In this document: in pieces, positions 18,607 to 28,799 of the stretch
Numbering within the stretch: position 1 is the first letter of the stretch
Layout of the letters: the number at the start of each line of letters is the position of its first letter
DNA from: Erythrobacter sp.
Lineage (GTDB): Bacteria; Pseudomonadota; Alphaproteobacteria; Sphingomonadales; Sphingomonadaceae
Direction of reading: 5' to 3'
Assembly: GCA_965249945.1 (NCBI GenBank)
Contig: OZ252258.1
Coordinates: forward strand, 2,563,375-2,627,374
Length of the DNA stretch: 64,000 nucleotides
The notes under the pieces: generated by a model
Told to the model about the DNA's origin: nothing
Seen by the model: the letters and a program-made list of their open reading frames with translations, nothing else
Database searches by the model: none
Made by a program: the position numbers and the translations under genes

Positions 18607-19200
18607 ATGACTGTATCCATGACCGACGAAGACGTCCTGTCCGAATTCCGCAGCTGCGATGCCTTGCTCGAAGGGCATTTCCTGCTCTCCTCAGGGCGGC
18701 ACAGCGCCTATTATCTGCAATGCGCCCGGGTTCTGATGAACCCCGGCAGGGCCGCGCGACTCGCGCTTGCGACCGTGTCCAATATCCCCCGCGAAGTGCG
18801 GGCCGAAATTGACGTGGTGGTCTCGCCAGCCATGGGCGGGCTGATCATCGGACATGAGGTCGGCCGCGCGCTCGAAAAGGACGCAATGTTCCTCGAACGG
18901 CCCGAAGGCGAGTTTCATTTCCGCCGGGGATTCGCGCTCGAGCCGGGCGCCAAAGTGCTGATGGTCGAAGACGTGGTCACGACCGGGCTTTCCAGCCGTG
19001 AAGCGATCGCGGCAGTGGCGCGTGAAGGTGGCGAAGTGATTGCCGAATGCTCGCTGGTCGATCGTTCCGCCGGCAGCGTTGATCTGGGCGTCCCGTTCTA
19101 CCCGCTGATTGCACTTAACTTCCCGACCTATGCCGAGGATGAGCTGCCTGAAGAGCTCGCCGCTATCCCCGCGATCAAGCCAGGCAGTCGGAAAGCCTGA
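18607..19200 (+). CDS. pyrE: orotate phosphoribosyltransferase
   Basis: 197 aa. GHFLLSSGRHS and the PRPP loop VLMVEDVVTTGLS. Confidence 0.9.
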   Translation: MTVSMTDEDVLSEFRSCDALLEGHFLLSSGRHSAYYLQCARVLMNPGRAARLALATVSNIPREVRAEIDVVVSPAMGGLIIGHEVGRALEKDAMFLERPEGEFHFRRGFALEPGAKVLMVEDVVTTGLSSREAIAAVAREGGEVIAECSLVDRSAGSVDLGVPFYPLIALNFPTYAEDELPEELAAIPAIKPGSRKA

Positions 19201-19940
19201 TGACCCTGCCGCTCCGTCTTGGCGTGAACATTGATCACGTCGCTACCATTCGTAATGCGCGGGGTGGCGATCATCCCGACCCGGTGCGCGCGGCCGAGAT
19301 TGTGGCCGCCGTGGGTGGAGACGGAATCACCGCGCATCTGCGCGAAGACCGGCGCCATATTCGCGATGAGGACCTCGCCCGGATCCAGTCGGCAACCGAT
19401 CTGCCACTCAATCTGGAAATGGCAGCAACGCGGGAGATGCTCGAAATCGCATTGCGGCATGAGCCGCACGCCGCCTGCATCGTTCCGGAAAAGCGCGAAG
19501 AGCGGACCACTGAGGGTGGACTCGACGCCGCTGGACTGCATAATACTCTGGTGCCGATCGTCGATGAATTGGCCGCCAAGAACATTCGCGTATCGCTGTT
19601 TATCGAAGCCGATGAGCGTCAACTCGATGCCGCGCTGAGGCTCGGCGTACCCGTGGTCGAATTCCACACCGGCGAATACGCGCACGCCATTCTCGATGGC
19701 GACAGCGAACGCACCGCCAAGGAATTGCGGCGGATCACCGATATGGCTGCGCTCGCGACCAAGAATGGGATCGAGCCCCATGCCGGGCATGGTCTGACCT
19801 TTGACAATGTCCAACCGATCGCAGCCATTCCGCAAATCGCCGAGCTCAATATCGGACACTATCTGATCGGCGAAGCGGTGTTTGTCGGGCTCGAGACCGC
19901 TATCCGGCGGATGCGTGATCTGATGGATGAGGTGCGCTGA
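19200..19940 (+). CDS. pdxJ: pyridoxine 5'-phosphate synthase
   Basis: 246 aa. LGVNIDHVATIRNARG, ITAHLREDRRHI and EFHTG motifs. Confidence 0.95.
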   Translation: MTLPLRLGVNIDHVATIRNARGGDHPDPVRAAEIVAAVGGDGITAHLREDRRHIRDEDLARIQSATDLPLNLEMAATREMLEIALRHEPHAACIVPEKREERTTEGGLDAAGLHNTLVPIVDELAAKNIRVSLFIEADERQLDAALRLGVPVVEFHTGEYAHAILDGDSERTAKELRRITDMAALATKNGIEPHAGHGLTFDNVQPIAAIPQIAELNIGHYLIGEAVFVGLETAIRRMRDLMDEVR

Positions 19941-19941
19941 A

Positions 19942-20223
19942 ATGGCTTCGGACGATCTTCCCGAGCTCAGCTCTGATCAGAAGCTGTGGGCGTTTGGTGC
20001 CGCGGCTCTGTTTCTGCTGGCGATAGGTTTCCTTGGCTTCTCGATTTCAAACGGCGTGATGCAGCCTTTCGCGATTGGCTGGGTCGCCTTACAGATCTTT
20101 GGTTATGTCGGAGCGCTCAATCGCGCCAAGGGCGATTTCGCTCACCCGCTGTTCAAGAGCCAAGTGATGCTTCACGTGGTCGCGCTTGGATTGCTTGTGG
20201 CGGTGTTTCTGAGAGCGCGATGA
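19942..20223 (+). CDS. hypothetical small membrane protein
   Basis: 93 aa from MASDD, with 3 predicted TM segments, wedged between pdxJ and acpS. Confidence 0.5.
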   Translation: MASDDLPELSSDQKLWAFGAAALFLLAIGFLGFSISNGVMQPFAIGWVALQIFGYVGALNRAKGDFAHPLFKSQVMLHVVALGLLVAVFLRAR

Positions 20224-20480
20224 TGGACAAACGCGCACGATTCATCCGCAGCAGATGGAATTTCGCAAAGGTCTTTGCACCATTTTTCACGGTAATCATT
20301 CTGCTGATTGCGGCCTCGAGGCTGTTTCCGACGGTCGACGGCGGACTGGCAGATGATTGGAGGCTGATTCCGGTCGCAATAGGGCTGGCCCTGCTCGTTT
20401 GGCTTTTGGCAGAAATCTCTCGTCGCTGGTTCAATTTCATGCTTGGCGAACCAGCCTGCAAATGGTGGTGGCAAGAATGA
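20220..20480 (+). CDS. hypothetical small membrane protein
   Basis: 86 aa from MMDKRARF, with 2 TM segments. ATGA overlaps on both sides (20220 and 20477). Confidence 0.5.
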   Translation: MMDKRARFIRSRWNFAKVFAPFFTVIILLIAASRLFPTVDGGLADDWRLIPVAIGLALLVWLLAEISRRWFNFMLGEPACKWWWQE

Positions 20481-20878
20481 TCATCGGAACCGGCTCGGAC
20501 CTCTGCAATATTGAGCGTATTCAGAACTCGCTCGATCGCTTTGGCGAGCGTTTTGAGAACCGCGTTTTTACCGAAATTGAGCGCGCCAAGGCGCGGCGGC
20601 GGCCCTTCACCATCGCCGGAACCTACGCCAAACGCTTCGCCGCCAAGGAAGCTTTCAGCAAGGCTGTCGGGACCGGATTTCGCCGCGGCGTCTTTATGAA
20701 AGACATTGGCGTGGTCAATGCGCCGTCAGGTGCGCCGACCCTCGCGCTGGAAGGCGGCGCTGCAAAGCGGCTTGAAGAAATGGTCCCGGAAGGCCATGAG
20801 GCGCATATTCATCTTACCCTAACTGACGATCATCCATGGGCGCAGGCCTTCGTAATCATTGAGGCCCGCCCGGTATGA
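20477..20878 (+). CDS. acpS: holo-[acyl-carrier-protein] synthase
   Basis: 133 aa. [15 protein letters not shown]... and [10 protein letters not shown] motifs. Confidence 0.9.
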   Translation: MIIGTGSDLCNIERIQNSLDRFGERFENRVFTEIERAKARRRPFTIAGTYAKRFAAKEAFSKAVGTGFRRGVFMKDIGVVNAPSGAPTLALEGGAAKRLEEMVPEGHEAHIHLTLTDDHPWAQAFVIIEARPV

Positions 20879-21774
20879 CTGGTGCAAGTGAAACATTCCC
20901 TGTGACAGACGAAAACAAAGATTCCCCCACGGCCGACGAAGACAAGGTCAATTGGTTCGCCGAGATTCGCGGGCTAGCGCTGATGTTGCTGGCTGTGCTG
21001 GTGTTCCACAGCTTGATCGCCAAGCCGTTTTACATCCCGTCGACCTCGATGATGCCGACCTTGTGGGTTGGTGATCGTCTGGTGGTCAGCAAATATCCCT
21101 ATGGCTGGTCCTGGGCCTCGGCCAGTTTCCACCTGTTCCCGCGCGGCGAATGGCGCGTTCTCGGCAGCACACCGGAATATGGTGATATCGTGATCCCGGT
21201 TCATCCCGAAAAGGATCAGGATTACATCAAGCGCGTGATCGCTTTGCCGGGTGACACGATCGAGGTTCGCGATGGCCGGGTGATCCTCAATGGGACGCCG
21301 CTCAAGCGCGAGGTCGTTCCTTCCGTGCGGATCCCGTTCGAACCTCTGCTGACCTGCAATGGCATCCCGTGCCTAACCGCGTTCAGCCCTTATCTCACCC
21401 GCGATGAGAGCGGCGCGCAATTCTACGAGCCGCCGACCGAGCGAGAGACGCTTCCCAATGGCGCGACCTATCTGATTATCGACCATATGACCGACCAAAT
21501 GGCTGACAATTTCGGTCCGCTGACAGTGCCAGAGGGCGAAGTCTTCGTCATGGGCGACAATCGCGATCACTCGGCCGATAGCCGCGCTTCGATCGCCGGA
21601 CAGGGCCTCGGTGGGCCGGTCCCGCTCGAGAACATCGGTGGAAGGGCCGAATTCATAACCTTCTCGCTCGATGGGTCGAGCAGTTGGAATCCGCTAAGCT
21701 GGTGGGGCGCCTTGCGCGGCAACCGGGCTTGGTCGACCTTGCGCCCGCCGCTTGCGGAAGTGCCTGAGAGTTAA
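20875..21774 (+). CDS. lepB: signal peptidase I
   Basis: 299 aa. Catalytic Ser box [10 protein letters not shown], Lys box [11 protein letters not shown], and [11 protein letters not shown]. Confidence 0.9.
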   Translation: MTGASETFPVTDENKDSPTADEDKVNWFAEIRGLALMLLAVLVFHSLIAKPFYIPSTSMMPTLWVGDRLVVSKYPYGWSWASASFHLFPRGEWRVLGSTPEYGDIVIPVHPEKDQDYIKRVIALPGDTIEVRDGRVILNGTPLKREVVPSVRIPFEPLLTCNGIPCLTAFSPYLTRDESGAQFYEPPTERETLPNGATYLIIDHMTDQMADNFGPLTVPEGEVFVMGDNRDHSADSRASIAGQGLGGPVPLENIGGRAEFITFSLDGSSSWNPLSWWGALRGNRAWSTLRPPLAEVPES

Positions 21775-21798
21775 GCGAGAACAGCGAGACCCTAGATC

Positions 21799-23088
21799 AT
21801 GGCCAAAAAGTTTCTCTACCTCGTTGCGTCCATAATCGTCCTGTTCGTGGGCGGCCGGATCGCGTGGGAGCTTTACGCAGACGATTTGGCGGCGGTGGCG
21901 CTTGTACCCTCGACCGAGTTTGTCGAGCAGGAGCCGCTGGAAGAGAACGCCTATCTCGATCCCGGCCTGTGGTATTCGCGCCCTGGCATAGGCGTGCGCG
22001 ATCCCGCGCGCTGGCAGCCAGCCATGGCAGAACCCGCCCCGACGGCCGACGCAGCGCCTGAGGAAGAAGTCGTCGAAGCCTCCCCCGAAGCACCGGCGGC
22101 AGAGCAATCGCTCGGCTCTGCCCCCGCCGAGGCTGATGTGGCAGAAAGCACCGCAACCGAGACCAATCGTTTTGAGGCGGCCCGCTCGCGCGCGGTCGAT
22201 CCCAATGCCGGTGGTGAGGTCGCAGATTTCGCGGTCTTCTTCATCCACCCGACCAGCTATCTCAATCGTGGGAGCTGGAATGCTCCGATCGGTGACGAGG
22301 AAGCTGAGCGCGTGGCCCGGATCTACATTCGCGGCATGGCCAGCCCGTTCAACTCGGCCGAGGAAATCTGGGCACCGCGCTATCGCCAGGCGACCATGGG
22401 CGCCTTCCTGACCGACGAGCCGGAAGGGCAGCAAGCGATCGACGCCGCCTATAAGGATGTGCTCGACGCCTATCGCTTCTTCCTCGACTCGGTCGAAGAG
22501 GGCACGCCGATTGTTCTCGCCGGACACAGCCAGGGCGCGCTCCATCTGCTGCGCCTGCTGCGCGAAGAGGTCGCCAATCAGGACATCGCTTCGCGCGTGG
22601 TCGCCGCCTATGCCATCGGCTGGCCAATCTCGGTCGATCACGACCTCCCGGCGCTTGGCCTCGCCGCTTGCGCCACCCCAGCCCAGACCGGCTGCATCCT
22701 GTCCTGGTCAAGCTTTGCGGAACCAGCCGACCCTTCCGCGGTGATCGAGACCTACTCCAGCTCAATCGGGTTTGACGGCGAGCTGCGCGGCGACAGCACC
22801 ATCCTTTGCACCAACCCGCTGACCGGGACCTTTAACGGTGCGGCGGGAATGGAGGCCAATCTCGGCACTCTGGTGCCCGACGATTCCATCAGCAACGGCG
22901 AGCTGGTTGCTGGTGCTGTGCCCGCCCGCTGCGATGCCCGCGGCCTGTTGCTGATCGGTGACCCGCCAGAGCTCGGCCAATATGTCCTGCCCGGCAACAA
23001 TTACCACGTCTATGACATCCCACTGTTCTGGGCCAACACCAAGGCAGACGTCGCGCGGCGAGTGAATGCATGGGCTCAGTCGCGCTGA
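21799..23088 (+). CDS. DUF3089-family alpha/beta-hydrolase-like protein, membrane anchored
   Basis: 429 aa. N-terminal TM, an acidic Ala/Glu/Pro linker, then a lipase-like nucleophile elbow LAGHSQGA. Confidence 0.7.
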   Translation: MAKKFLYLVASIIVLFVGGRIAWELYADDLAAVALVPSTEFVEQEPLEENAYLDPGLWYSRPGIGVRDPARWQPAMAEPAPTADAAPEEEVVEASPEAPAAEQSLGSAPAEADVAESTATETNRFEAARSRAVDPNAGGEVADFAVFFIHPTSYLNRGSWNAPIGDEEAERVARIYIRGMASPFNSAEEIWAPRYRQATMGAFLTDEPEGQQAIDAAYKDVLDAYRFFLDSVEEGTPIVLAGHSQGALHLLRLLREEVANQDIASRVVAAYAIGWPISVDHDLPALGLAACATPAQTGCILSWSSFAEPADPSAVIETYSSSIGFDGELRGDSTILCTNPLTGTFNGAAGMEANLGTLVPDDSISNGELVAGAVPARCDARGLLLIGDPPELGQYVLPGNNYHVYDIPLFWANTKADVARRVNAWAQSR

Positions 23089-23555
23089 TCACCGAGGACG
23101 CTGGCGAGTTTGCGGCGGCGCTGCCCGAAGGCGGCGCGCTGCTGGGTCTCGACCTTGGCACAAAGACCATTGGTACGGCTGTATGTGACGCAGGCTGGCG
23201 CTTCGCCAGCAATGCCAAGACCCTGCCCCGCGGCAAGTGGACCCGCGACAAGGCGGTGATCGAGCAATTGATCAAGGATCGCACCATCGCTGGCCTGGTC
23301 CTTGGCCTCCCGCTCAATATGGATGGCAGCGACGGCCCGAGGGTACAGAGCGCGCGCGCCTATGCCCGCAATCTTTCATCCGCCTTCGACCTGCCAATCC
23401 TGCTGTGGGACGAGCGTTGGTCGACCCAGAGCGCTGAAGCCGCGATGATCGGCCAGGACATGAGCCGAGCGAAGCGCGCCGAGGCGATCGACAGCCATGC
23501 GGCAGCAGTGATCTTGCAAGGGGCAATCGACCGCCTAGCTGGCGGAATCCTCTGA
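23070..23555 (+). CDS. ruvX: Holliday junction resolvase-like RuvX/YqgF
   Basis: 161 aa. LLGLDLGTKTIGTAV, LPLNMDGS and WDERWSTQSAE motifs. Confidence 0.9.
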   Translation: MGSVALITEDAGEFAAALPEGGALLGLDLGTKTIGTAVCDAGWRFASNAKTLPRGKWTRDKAVIEQLIKDRTIAGLVLGLPLNMDGSDGPRVQSARAYARNLSSAFDLPILLWDERWSTQSAEAAMIGQDMSRAKRAEAIDSHAAAVILQGAIDRLAGGIL

Positions 23556-23825
23556 CCCCCGATCGTTCTGCTGCGGTTCGCTCAGTGAAATAGTATCGTA
23601 AAGATAGACCATCATCGCGACGATCGGGTCGGGATCCGCCAGGATCAGCGTCTCGATCTCTCGGAGAGATGGTGCAGTGTCGCCTGATAGCCGACTGGAT
23701 GGCATGCCGTACTCCGCATTGGGTGCTCGACTGCCCTGTGTGAGGCGCGATCCATGCGGCGCTTGCGGAGATTGCTGAAATTAAATCGTTGTAATGAAGC
23801 CGAACTCGAAGCACAGCTTTCCAGC

Positions 23826-24314
23826 ATGAGCGAAGGCAATCCTCAATTTGACCCCGGAAAGGCGGCCAAGTTCTTCTTCCGCGCAGGCCATTCCGGATGG
23901 CTCGGTTTGCGTTATCTCGAGCATGGCGAAAACTGGGTTTCGGTCGAACTGCCCTGGCGCGAAGACCTCCTCGGCGAATCCGATCGGCCCGTGCTGGCCT
24001 CTGGCCCGATTGTCAGCCTGATGGATATGGCGAGCGGCATGTCGATCTGGATCGCCTCGCGCGATTTCGTGCCAATAGCGACGCTCGACCTGCGGGTCGA
24101 CTACCAACGTCCAGCCAAGGAGCGTGCATCTGTCATCGGCAGAGTCGAATGTTATCGCCGCACCAAATCAGCGGCATTCGTTCGCGGCATCGCCCACGAC
24201 GGCGATCCCGACGATCCGGTCGCGCATGTGGCAGGCGTGTTCATGACCATCGGCAAGGACCCCAAGCAAGGCAAGGTCCCATCAGGCAGTGCAGCGGGGA
24301 CCGGCGATGAGTGA
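23826..24314 (+). CDS. PaaI-family (hotdog) thioesterase
   Basis: About 162 aa from MSEGN, with the typical pattern (GWLGLRYLE...VSVELPW......GPIVSLMDMASG...TLDLRVDY). The start is uncertain; the ORF opens at 23754. Confidence 0.7.
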   Translation: MSEGNPQFDPGKAAKFFFRAGHSGWLGLRYLEHGENWVSVELPWREDLLGESDRPVLASGPIVSLMDMASGMSIWIASRDFVPIATLDLRVDYQRPAKERASVIGRVECYRRTKSAAFVRGIAHDGDPDDPVAHVAGVFMTIGKDPKQGKVPSGSAAGTGDE

Positions 24315-24720
24315 CAGTCAAGCGAAGCTCGAGCTCCCGCCCTATGCGCAATCGCTCGGCATCAGGCCCCATGCGATGGAGGATGGGATCCCGATCCTGA
24401 CCGTCGATTTCGGTCCCAATGTCGAAGGCCGTCCGCAATTCTTCCATGGTGGCGCGACCGCCGGATTGCTTGAGAATGCCGGCTATGCCGCCTTGCGCTC
24501 TGTTCTGTTGGAACAGGACCGGCAATTGATCCTGAAACCGGTCAATATCACTGTGCAATATCTGTCGGCTGGCAAGTCGCAGACCAGCTACGCCAAGGGA
24601 AGGATTACCCGCCTGGGCCGACGAAATGCCAATGTTAGCGTCGAAGCCTGGCAGGAGGATCGCGAGAAACCGATCGCATCCGCGGTGATGAACATATTGA
24701 TGGCGGAGCGGGACGCTTAG
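24307..24720 (+). CDS. PaaI-family (hotdog) thioesterase, second tandem copy
   Basis: 137 aa from MSDSQ (FHGGATAGLLENAGYAAL...NITVQYLSAG). Its start overlaps the upstream stop by 8 nt. Confidence 0.7.
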   Translation: MSDSQAKLELPPYAQSLGIRPHAMEDGIPILTVDFGPNVEGRPQFFHGGATAGLLENAGYAALRSVLLEQDRQLILKPVNITVQYLSAGKSQTSYAKGRITRLGRRNANVSVEAWQEDREKPIASAVMNILMAERDA

Positions 24721-26891
24721 TCGTCCGGATCGAGCGGTTCGATTTCGAGACCATCCTCGGTCAAGCGAAACTCCACCGGGACGCCTTCGATATCGGTCTC
24801 AAGGGTGAGTTCACCGTCGCGGATGCGCAATTCGCCGTTCTCGAACTCGCCAACAATCTCTTCGCCGTCCTCGACATCGAGCTGTTGAATCGGGCCCTCG
24901 GGGTCGGGCGAGCGTGTCGGCGATGGCGCCGGGCTAAGCGAGAGCGCACCGCGCATGAAGTCTTTCCAGATCCGAGCGGGCAGACCGCCACCCGAAATCT
25001 GTTTGAGCGGCGAATTGTCGTCATTGCCAATCCACACACCGACGACCAGATCGTCAGCATAGCCGACGAACACCGCGTCGCGATAATTCTGTGTCGTGCC
25101 GGTCTTGCCGTAATTGGCAATCGGCAGCATCGCCGCCCGCCCGGTGCCATTGTTCACCGCATTGCGGAGCATCTGCTCGAGATCGTCATGCGAATCATAG
25201 GACATGCTCTCTTCCGGACTGGTCAACCAATCCCACCAGCTCTCTTCCTCTTCCGGGAAGGCATGGGCGCGCACGGGGAATTCGTTCGCTGAAACCCCGG
25301 CATAGGCGGAGGTCAGCTCAAGCAGAGTCATGGTCGAAGTGCCCAGCGCAAGGCTGGGATCGCCTTCGGGTAGAGGCGATTCAACACCCAGAGACCGGGC
25401 CGTCCGAATGATCCGCTCGCTGCCAATTTCATTGAACAGGCGCACCGCAGCAACATTGCTTGAGCTGGCAAAGGCATCTTGCAAGGTAATCTCGTCTGAG
25501 TAGTTTTCGCGCGCATTCTTGGGTCGGTAGCTGCCCGCTTCGATCGGCGTGTTGGCGATCCGATCCTCAGGCTCCCAGCCGGCCTCTAGGGCAGCGAGAT
25601 AGACAAACGTCTTGAAGGTTGAGCCGGGCTGCCGGCGCGCTTGCGTCGCCCGATTGAAGGGCGACTTGGCGTAGCTGCGCCCGCCCACCATCGCCACCAC
25701 TTCACCGGTTGGCCGCATGGCCACCAAGGCGACCTGCGCATCACCAAGCGGCGCGCGCCCGATCACGCGATTGGCCAGAGCCTGCAGGCGCGCATCGAGC
25801 GTGGTGGTGATGACCTGTTTGGAGTAGCTCGCCTCAGCATCCTTGCGCGCTATGGGTAGAGCCCAATCGGCGAAATAGGTCCCCGTTGGCAGAGAGTTGG
25901 TCGCGCGCACATCCAGTTCAGGTGCTGGCAATTCGGCCGCTTCAGCCTCGGTCAGGTATCCTTCCTCAAACATCGCACCGACCACCAGCTGCATCCGCTC
26001 ACGCGCGAGGTCATAATTCTTGGTCGGAGCAAGCCGACTTGGTGCCTTGAGCAGACCAGCCAACATCGCTGCCTGTTCGGGCAGTAGGTTTTCTGGCTGG
26101 CGGTAGAAATAATGCAGGCTCGCCGCCCGCAGGCCATATTGATTGTCACCGAAATAGGCATTGGAGAGATAGCGCTCGAGGATCTCCTCCTTGGTCAGCC
26201 AGGTTTCGAGCCAGAAGGCGATCAAGGCCTCCCGGGCCTTGCGGGTGAGCGTTTGTTCGGGCGTGAGGAAGGTGAACTTGGCGAGCTGCTGCGTGATCGT
26301 GCTGCCCCCGCCCACGCCGGTCCAGGCAGCGCGCGCGATCCCGCGAGGGTCGACGCCCCAATGCGAATAGAATCGCCGGTCTTCAATCGCCAAGAAAGCT
26401 CCCACAACATGATCGGGCAGTTCACTGACATCGACCGGCTCTTCCACCACCGCACCGCTGCGGGCGATCGGTGTGCCGTCGCTGGCCAGCAGGGTGACTT
26501 GCGGGGCAGCGATCGGCTCGAGCGATTTGGACAGCGGCGCGGTCACCACAAGCCAGCCCACGATCAGCATGAATATCAGCAGCATGACCGCCAGGCCACG
26601 GACAGCCCATTTCTTGCGGACCTGCCATTTGGTGGGCGGGATCGCGGGGACATTGAAGCGGGGTTGCTCGATGGTGGTGGTCTTGGAACGACCAAAACCT
26701 GGCCAGGACGGCCATTTCAACCAGCGGCGCCCGGGCTTTTTCGCGTTGGGCCCAAAATCGAACTTCTCATCGAACGCAGCCAGCCGCTCACCATAAGGGT
26801 CACGCGCCGAGTAGAATCCTGCATCCCGCGAGTCGTCGCGTGAATCACGAGCGGAAGGCTCAGAACGTGGGGGACGTTGCCACAGACGCAT
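24717..26891 (-). CDS. class A penicillin-binding protein (glycosyltransferase + transpeptidase)
   Basis: 724 aa. GT51 motifs EDRRFYSHWGVD, GGSTITQQLAK and RKAREAL, a transpeptidase STFK, and an acidic C-terminal extension. Confidence 0.9.
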   Translation of the reverse strand: MRLWQRPPRSEPSARDSRDDSRDAGFYSARDPYGERLAAFDEKFDFGPNAKKPGRRWLKWPSWPGFGRSKTTTIEQPRFNVPAIPPTKWQVRKKWAVRGLAVMLLIFMLIVGWLVVTAPLSKSLEPIAAPQVTLLASDGTPIARSGAVVEEPVDVSELPDHVVGAFLAIEDRRFYSHWGVDPRGIARAAWTGVGGGSTITQQLAKFTFLTPEQTLTRKAREALIAFWLETWLTKEEILERYLSNAYFGDNQYGLRAASLHYFYRQPENLLPEQAAMLAGLLKAPSRLAPTKNYDLARERMQLVVGAMFEEGYLTEAEAAELPAPELDVRATNSLPTGTYFADWALPIARKDAEASYSKQVITTTLDARLQALANRVIGRAPLGDAQVALVAMRPTGEVVAMVGGRSYAKSPFNRATQARRQPGSTFKTFVYLAALEAGWEPEDRIANTPIEAGSYRPKNARENYSDEITLQDAFASSSNVAAVRLFNEIGSERIIRTARSLGVESPLPEGDPSLALGTSTMTLLELTSAYAGVSANEFPVRAHAFPEEEESWWDWLTSPEESMSYDSHDDLEQMLRNAVNNGTGRAAMLPIANYGKTGTTQNYRDAVFVGYADDLVVGVWIGNDDNSPLKQISGGGLPARIWKDFMRGALSLSPAPSPTRSPDPEGPIQQLDVEDGEEIVGEFENGELRIRDGELTLETDIEGVPVEFRLTEDGLEIEPLDPDD

Positions 26892-26993
26892 GGGAGTACT
26901 GTGTTATCGCATTAACACAGCGCACGCAACTTCGCCCGTTAACAAATGCCAGGTCGCCCTCAGGCAACGCGAGGAAGTTTCCGGTCTCCGATA

Positions 26994-27785
26994 TCAGAAG
27001 CCCTCAGCGATCCTGAGAAACTTTTCGCGATCTTCAACTTCGTCGAGAAACAAATTCGACGGGGTCTTTCGACAGCGCCCGAGGAGGCGATCCCACATCT
27101 CCTCTCGCTCGCGACGCGCTTTGAGGCGTGCACTGGCGGATGGGATGTCTCCGCTTTCCAACTGATCGATGATGTTGATCGAGGTGTAGGCATTCCGGAG
27201 CCAGAAAATCTTGCGCCGGTCCCGGTTGGCTTCTGAGAACCAATCATATTCGCGCGTCAGATCAGCGCAGGTGTAGTGCTCCAACCCGCCGCCTGGACTG
27301 TCCTTATCGTGCAAGGCGTAGCTCATGCGGACGTCGACCGAGCCGCTGATTCTCTCGCCAAGGTCATTGGTCGCCGCAGTGTAGTACAGGCTCTCGGCTC
27401 GCTGCTTGACGGCCTGATCGATCGCTTCGGAATTGCTGCTCTGCTCGAGCCGCAATCCTTCAAGCGTACCATCGGGCCTGACGCTCGCGACATAGATTGC
27501 GCTGCCATTATGGCCCTCATCCTTGGCCCATTGCGGAATGTCGACAGTCTTGACCCGCTGGGCGCGAGCACGCTGAGGATGGCGCGGCGCCAGCCTCAGT
27601 ATTGGTTCCGGTGTTAGGGGTTTCGACTCAGGCGGCTGCGCTTCTGCTGTGGCATCTTGAGCTGTCAGCGCGCTAGATCCAAAGGGAAAGAGCGCTGCAG
27701 CGAGCAGCGCTAGTCCCATGAAGGCGGCAGTCTTAGGCAGCGCTTTCAGGAAGATCCTCGTTGAAGACGCGCTGGTAATATTCAC
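26994..27785 (-). CDS. secreted hypothetical protein with TonB-C-like segment
   Basis: 263 aa. Signal peptide ...[12 protein letters not shown]. The mid region ([43 protein letters not shown]) resembles a TonB C-terminal domain. The ATG at 27785 overlaps the cobS end by 53 nt, and 27719 is an alternative start. Confidence 0.5.
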   Translation of the reverse strand: MNITSASSTRIFLKALPKTAAFMGLALLAAALFPFGSSALTAQDATAEAQPPESKPLTPEPILRLAPRHPQRARAQRVKTVDIPQWAKDEGHNGSAIYVASVRPDGTLEGLRLEQSSNSEAIDQAVKQRAESLYYTAATNDLGERISGSVDVRMSYALHDKDSPGGGLEHYTCADLTREYDWFSEANRDRRKIFWLRNAYTSINIIDQLESGDIPSASARLKARREREEMWDRLLGRCRKTPSNLFLDEVEDREKFLRIAEGF

Positions 27786-28716
27786 TCACCAAGGTGCGCT
27801 CTGCTTCATCGCATTTGTTGAGGAAGCTGAGCCGGAAAGCGAAGCCAACCGAATTGAAGATCGCGGTGTTCTGCGCCCAGGTTATCACCGTCCGCGGGCT
27901 CATTACGGTCGAGATATCGCCATTCATGAAACCCTGGCGGGTCAGGTCGGCAACCTTGATCATATTGGCAATCGTCGCGTCGTCGGTCTCGGGCGTCTTC
28001 GACTTCACGATCTGCTGCTCGGTCTCAGCTGGCAGATAGTTGAGCGCGACGACTATGTTCCAACGGTCCATCTGCGCCTGGTTGATCGCCTGAGTGCCGT
28101 GATACAGCCCGCTGGTGTCGCCCAACCCGACCGTGTTGGTGGTGGCGAACAGTCGGAAATGCGGGTTGGGCGTGATCACCTTGTTCTGATCGAGCAGCGT
28201 CAGGCGGCCATCAAATTCCAACACCCGCTGGATCACGAACATCACGTCCGGGCGACCGGCGTCATATTCGTCAAAGGTCAGCGCGACCGGATGTTGCAAC
28301 GCCCAAGGCAGAATGCCTTCCTTGAACTCGGTAACTTGCAGTCCGTCCTTGAGGACAATCGCATCGCGACCGACCAGATCGATCCGGCTGATATGCGCAT
28401 CGAGATTGACCCGGATGCTCGGCCAATTGAGGCGCGCCGCAACCTGTTCGATGTGAGTCGACTTACCGGTGCCGTGATAACCTTGGATCATCACCCGGCG
28501 GTTGTGCGCAAACCCGGCCAAAATCGCCAGCGTCGTGTCCGGATCGAACACATAGCTTTCGTCGAGCTCGGGCACATGCTCTTCATTCTCGCTGAAGGCA
28601 GGCACTTGCCAGTCGATATCTATCCCAAAAGTATCGCGCACATCGACCATTGTGTCGGGTGCGGAGAGGGTGCTGAGGGCGTTCGGATCGAGTTTGGTAT
28701 CAGTCATATCGTTCAT
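27733..28716 (-). CDS. cobS: cobaltochelatase subunit CobS (MoxR-like AAA ATPase)
   Basis: 327 aa. Walker [10 protein letters not shown], Walker B LTFDEYDA, and the characteristic CobS N-terminus ([12 protein letters not shown]). Confidence 0.9.
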   Translation of the reverse strand: MNDMTDTKLDPNALSTLSAPDTMVDVRDTFGIDIDWQVPAFSENEEHVPELDESYVFDPDTTLAILAGFAHNRRVMIQGYHGTGKSTHIEQVAARLNWPSIRVNLDAHISRIDLVGRDAIVLKDGLQVTEFKEGILPWALQHPVALTFDEYDAGRPDVMFVIQRVLEFDGRLTLLDQNKVITPNPHFRLFATTNTVGLGDTSGLYHGTQAINQAQMDRWNIVVALNYLPAETEQQIVKSKTPETDDATIANMIKVADLTRQGFMNGDISTVMSPRTVITWAQNTAIFNSVGFAFRLSFLNKCDEAERTLVSEYYQRVFNEDLPESAA

Positions 28717-28765
28717 TTCGCGGCACGACCTAGATCAGCCCGGCTGATGCCGCAATGCCCGATTA

Positions 28766-28796
28766 TTGAGAGGGGGAGGTTTATTTCCCCTCTCAA
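28766..28796 (-). terminator. perfect 10-bp hairpin downstream of the cupin gene
   Basis: TTGAGAGGGG-N11-CCCCTCTCAA, 4 nt after the stop at 28800. The trailing U tract is weak, so it may instead be a stabiliser or operator. Confidence 0.4.
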
Positions 28797-28799
28797 CGA

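Noticed and set aside
19128-19859. 243-aa minus-strand ORF
   Set aside because: It is antisense to pdxJ, whose identity is unambiguous.
21694-22641. 315-aa minus-strand ORF
   Set aside because: It is antisense to the DUF3089 gene, whose GHSQG nucleophile elbow and TM anchor support the plus strand.
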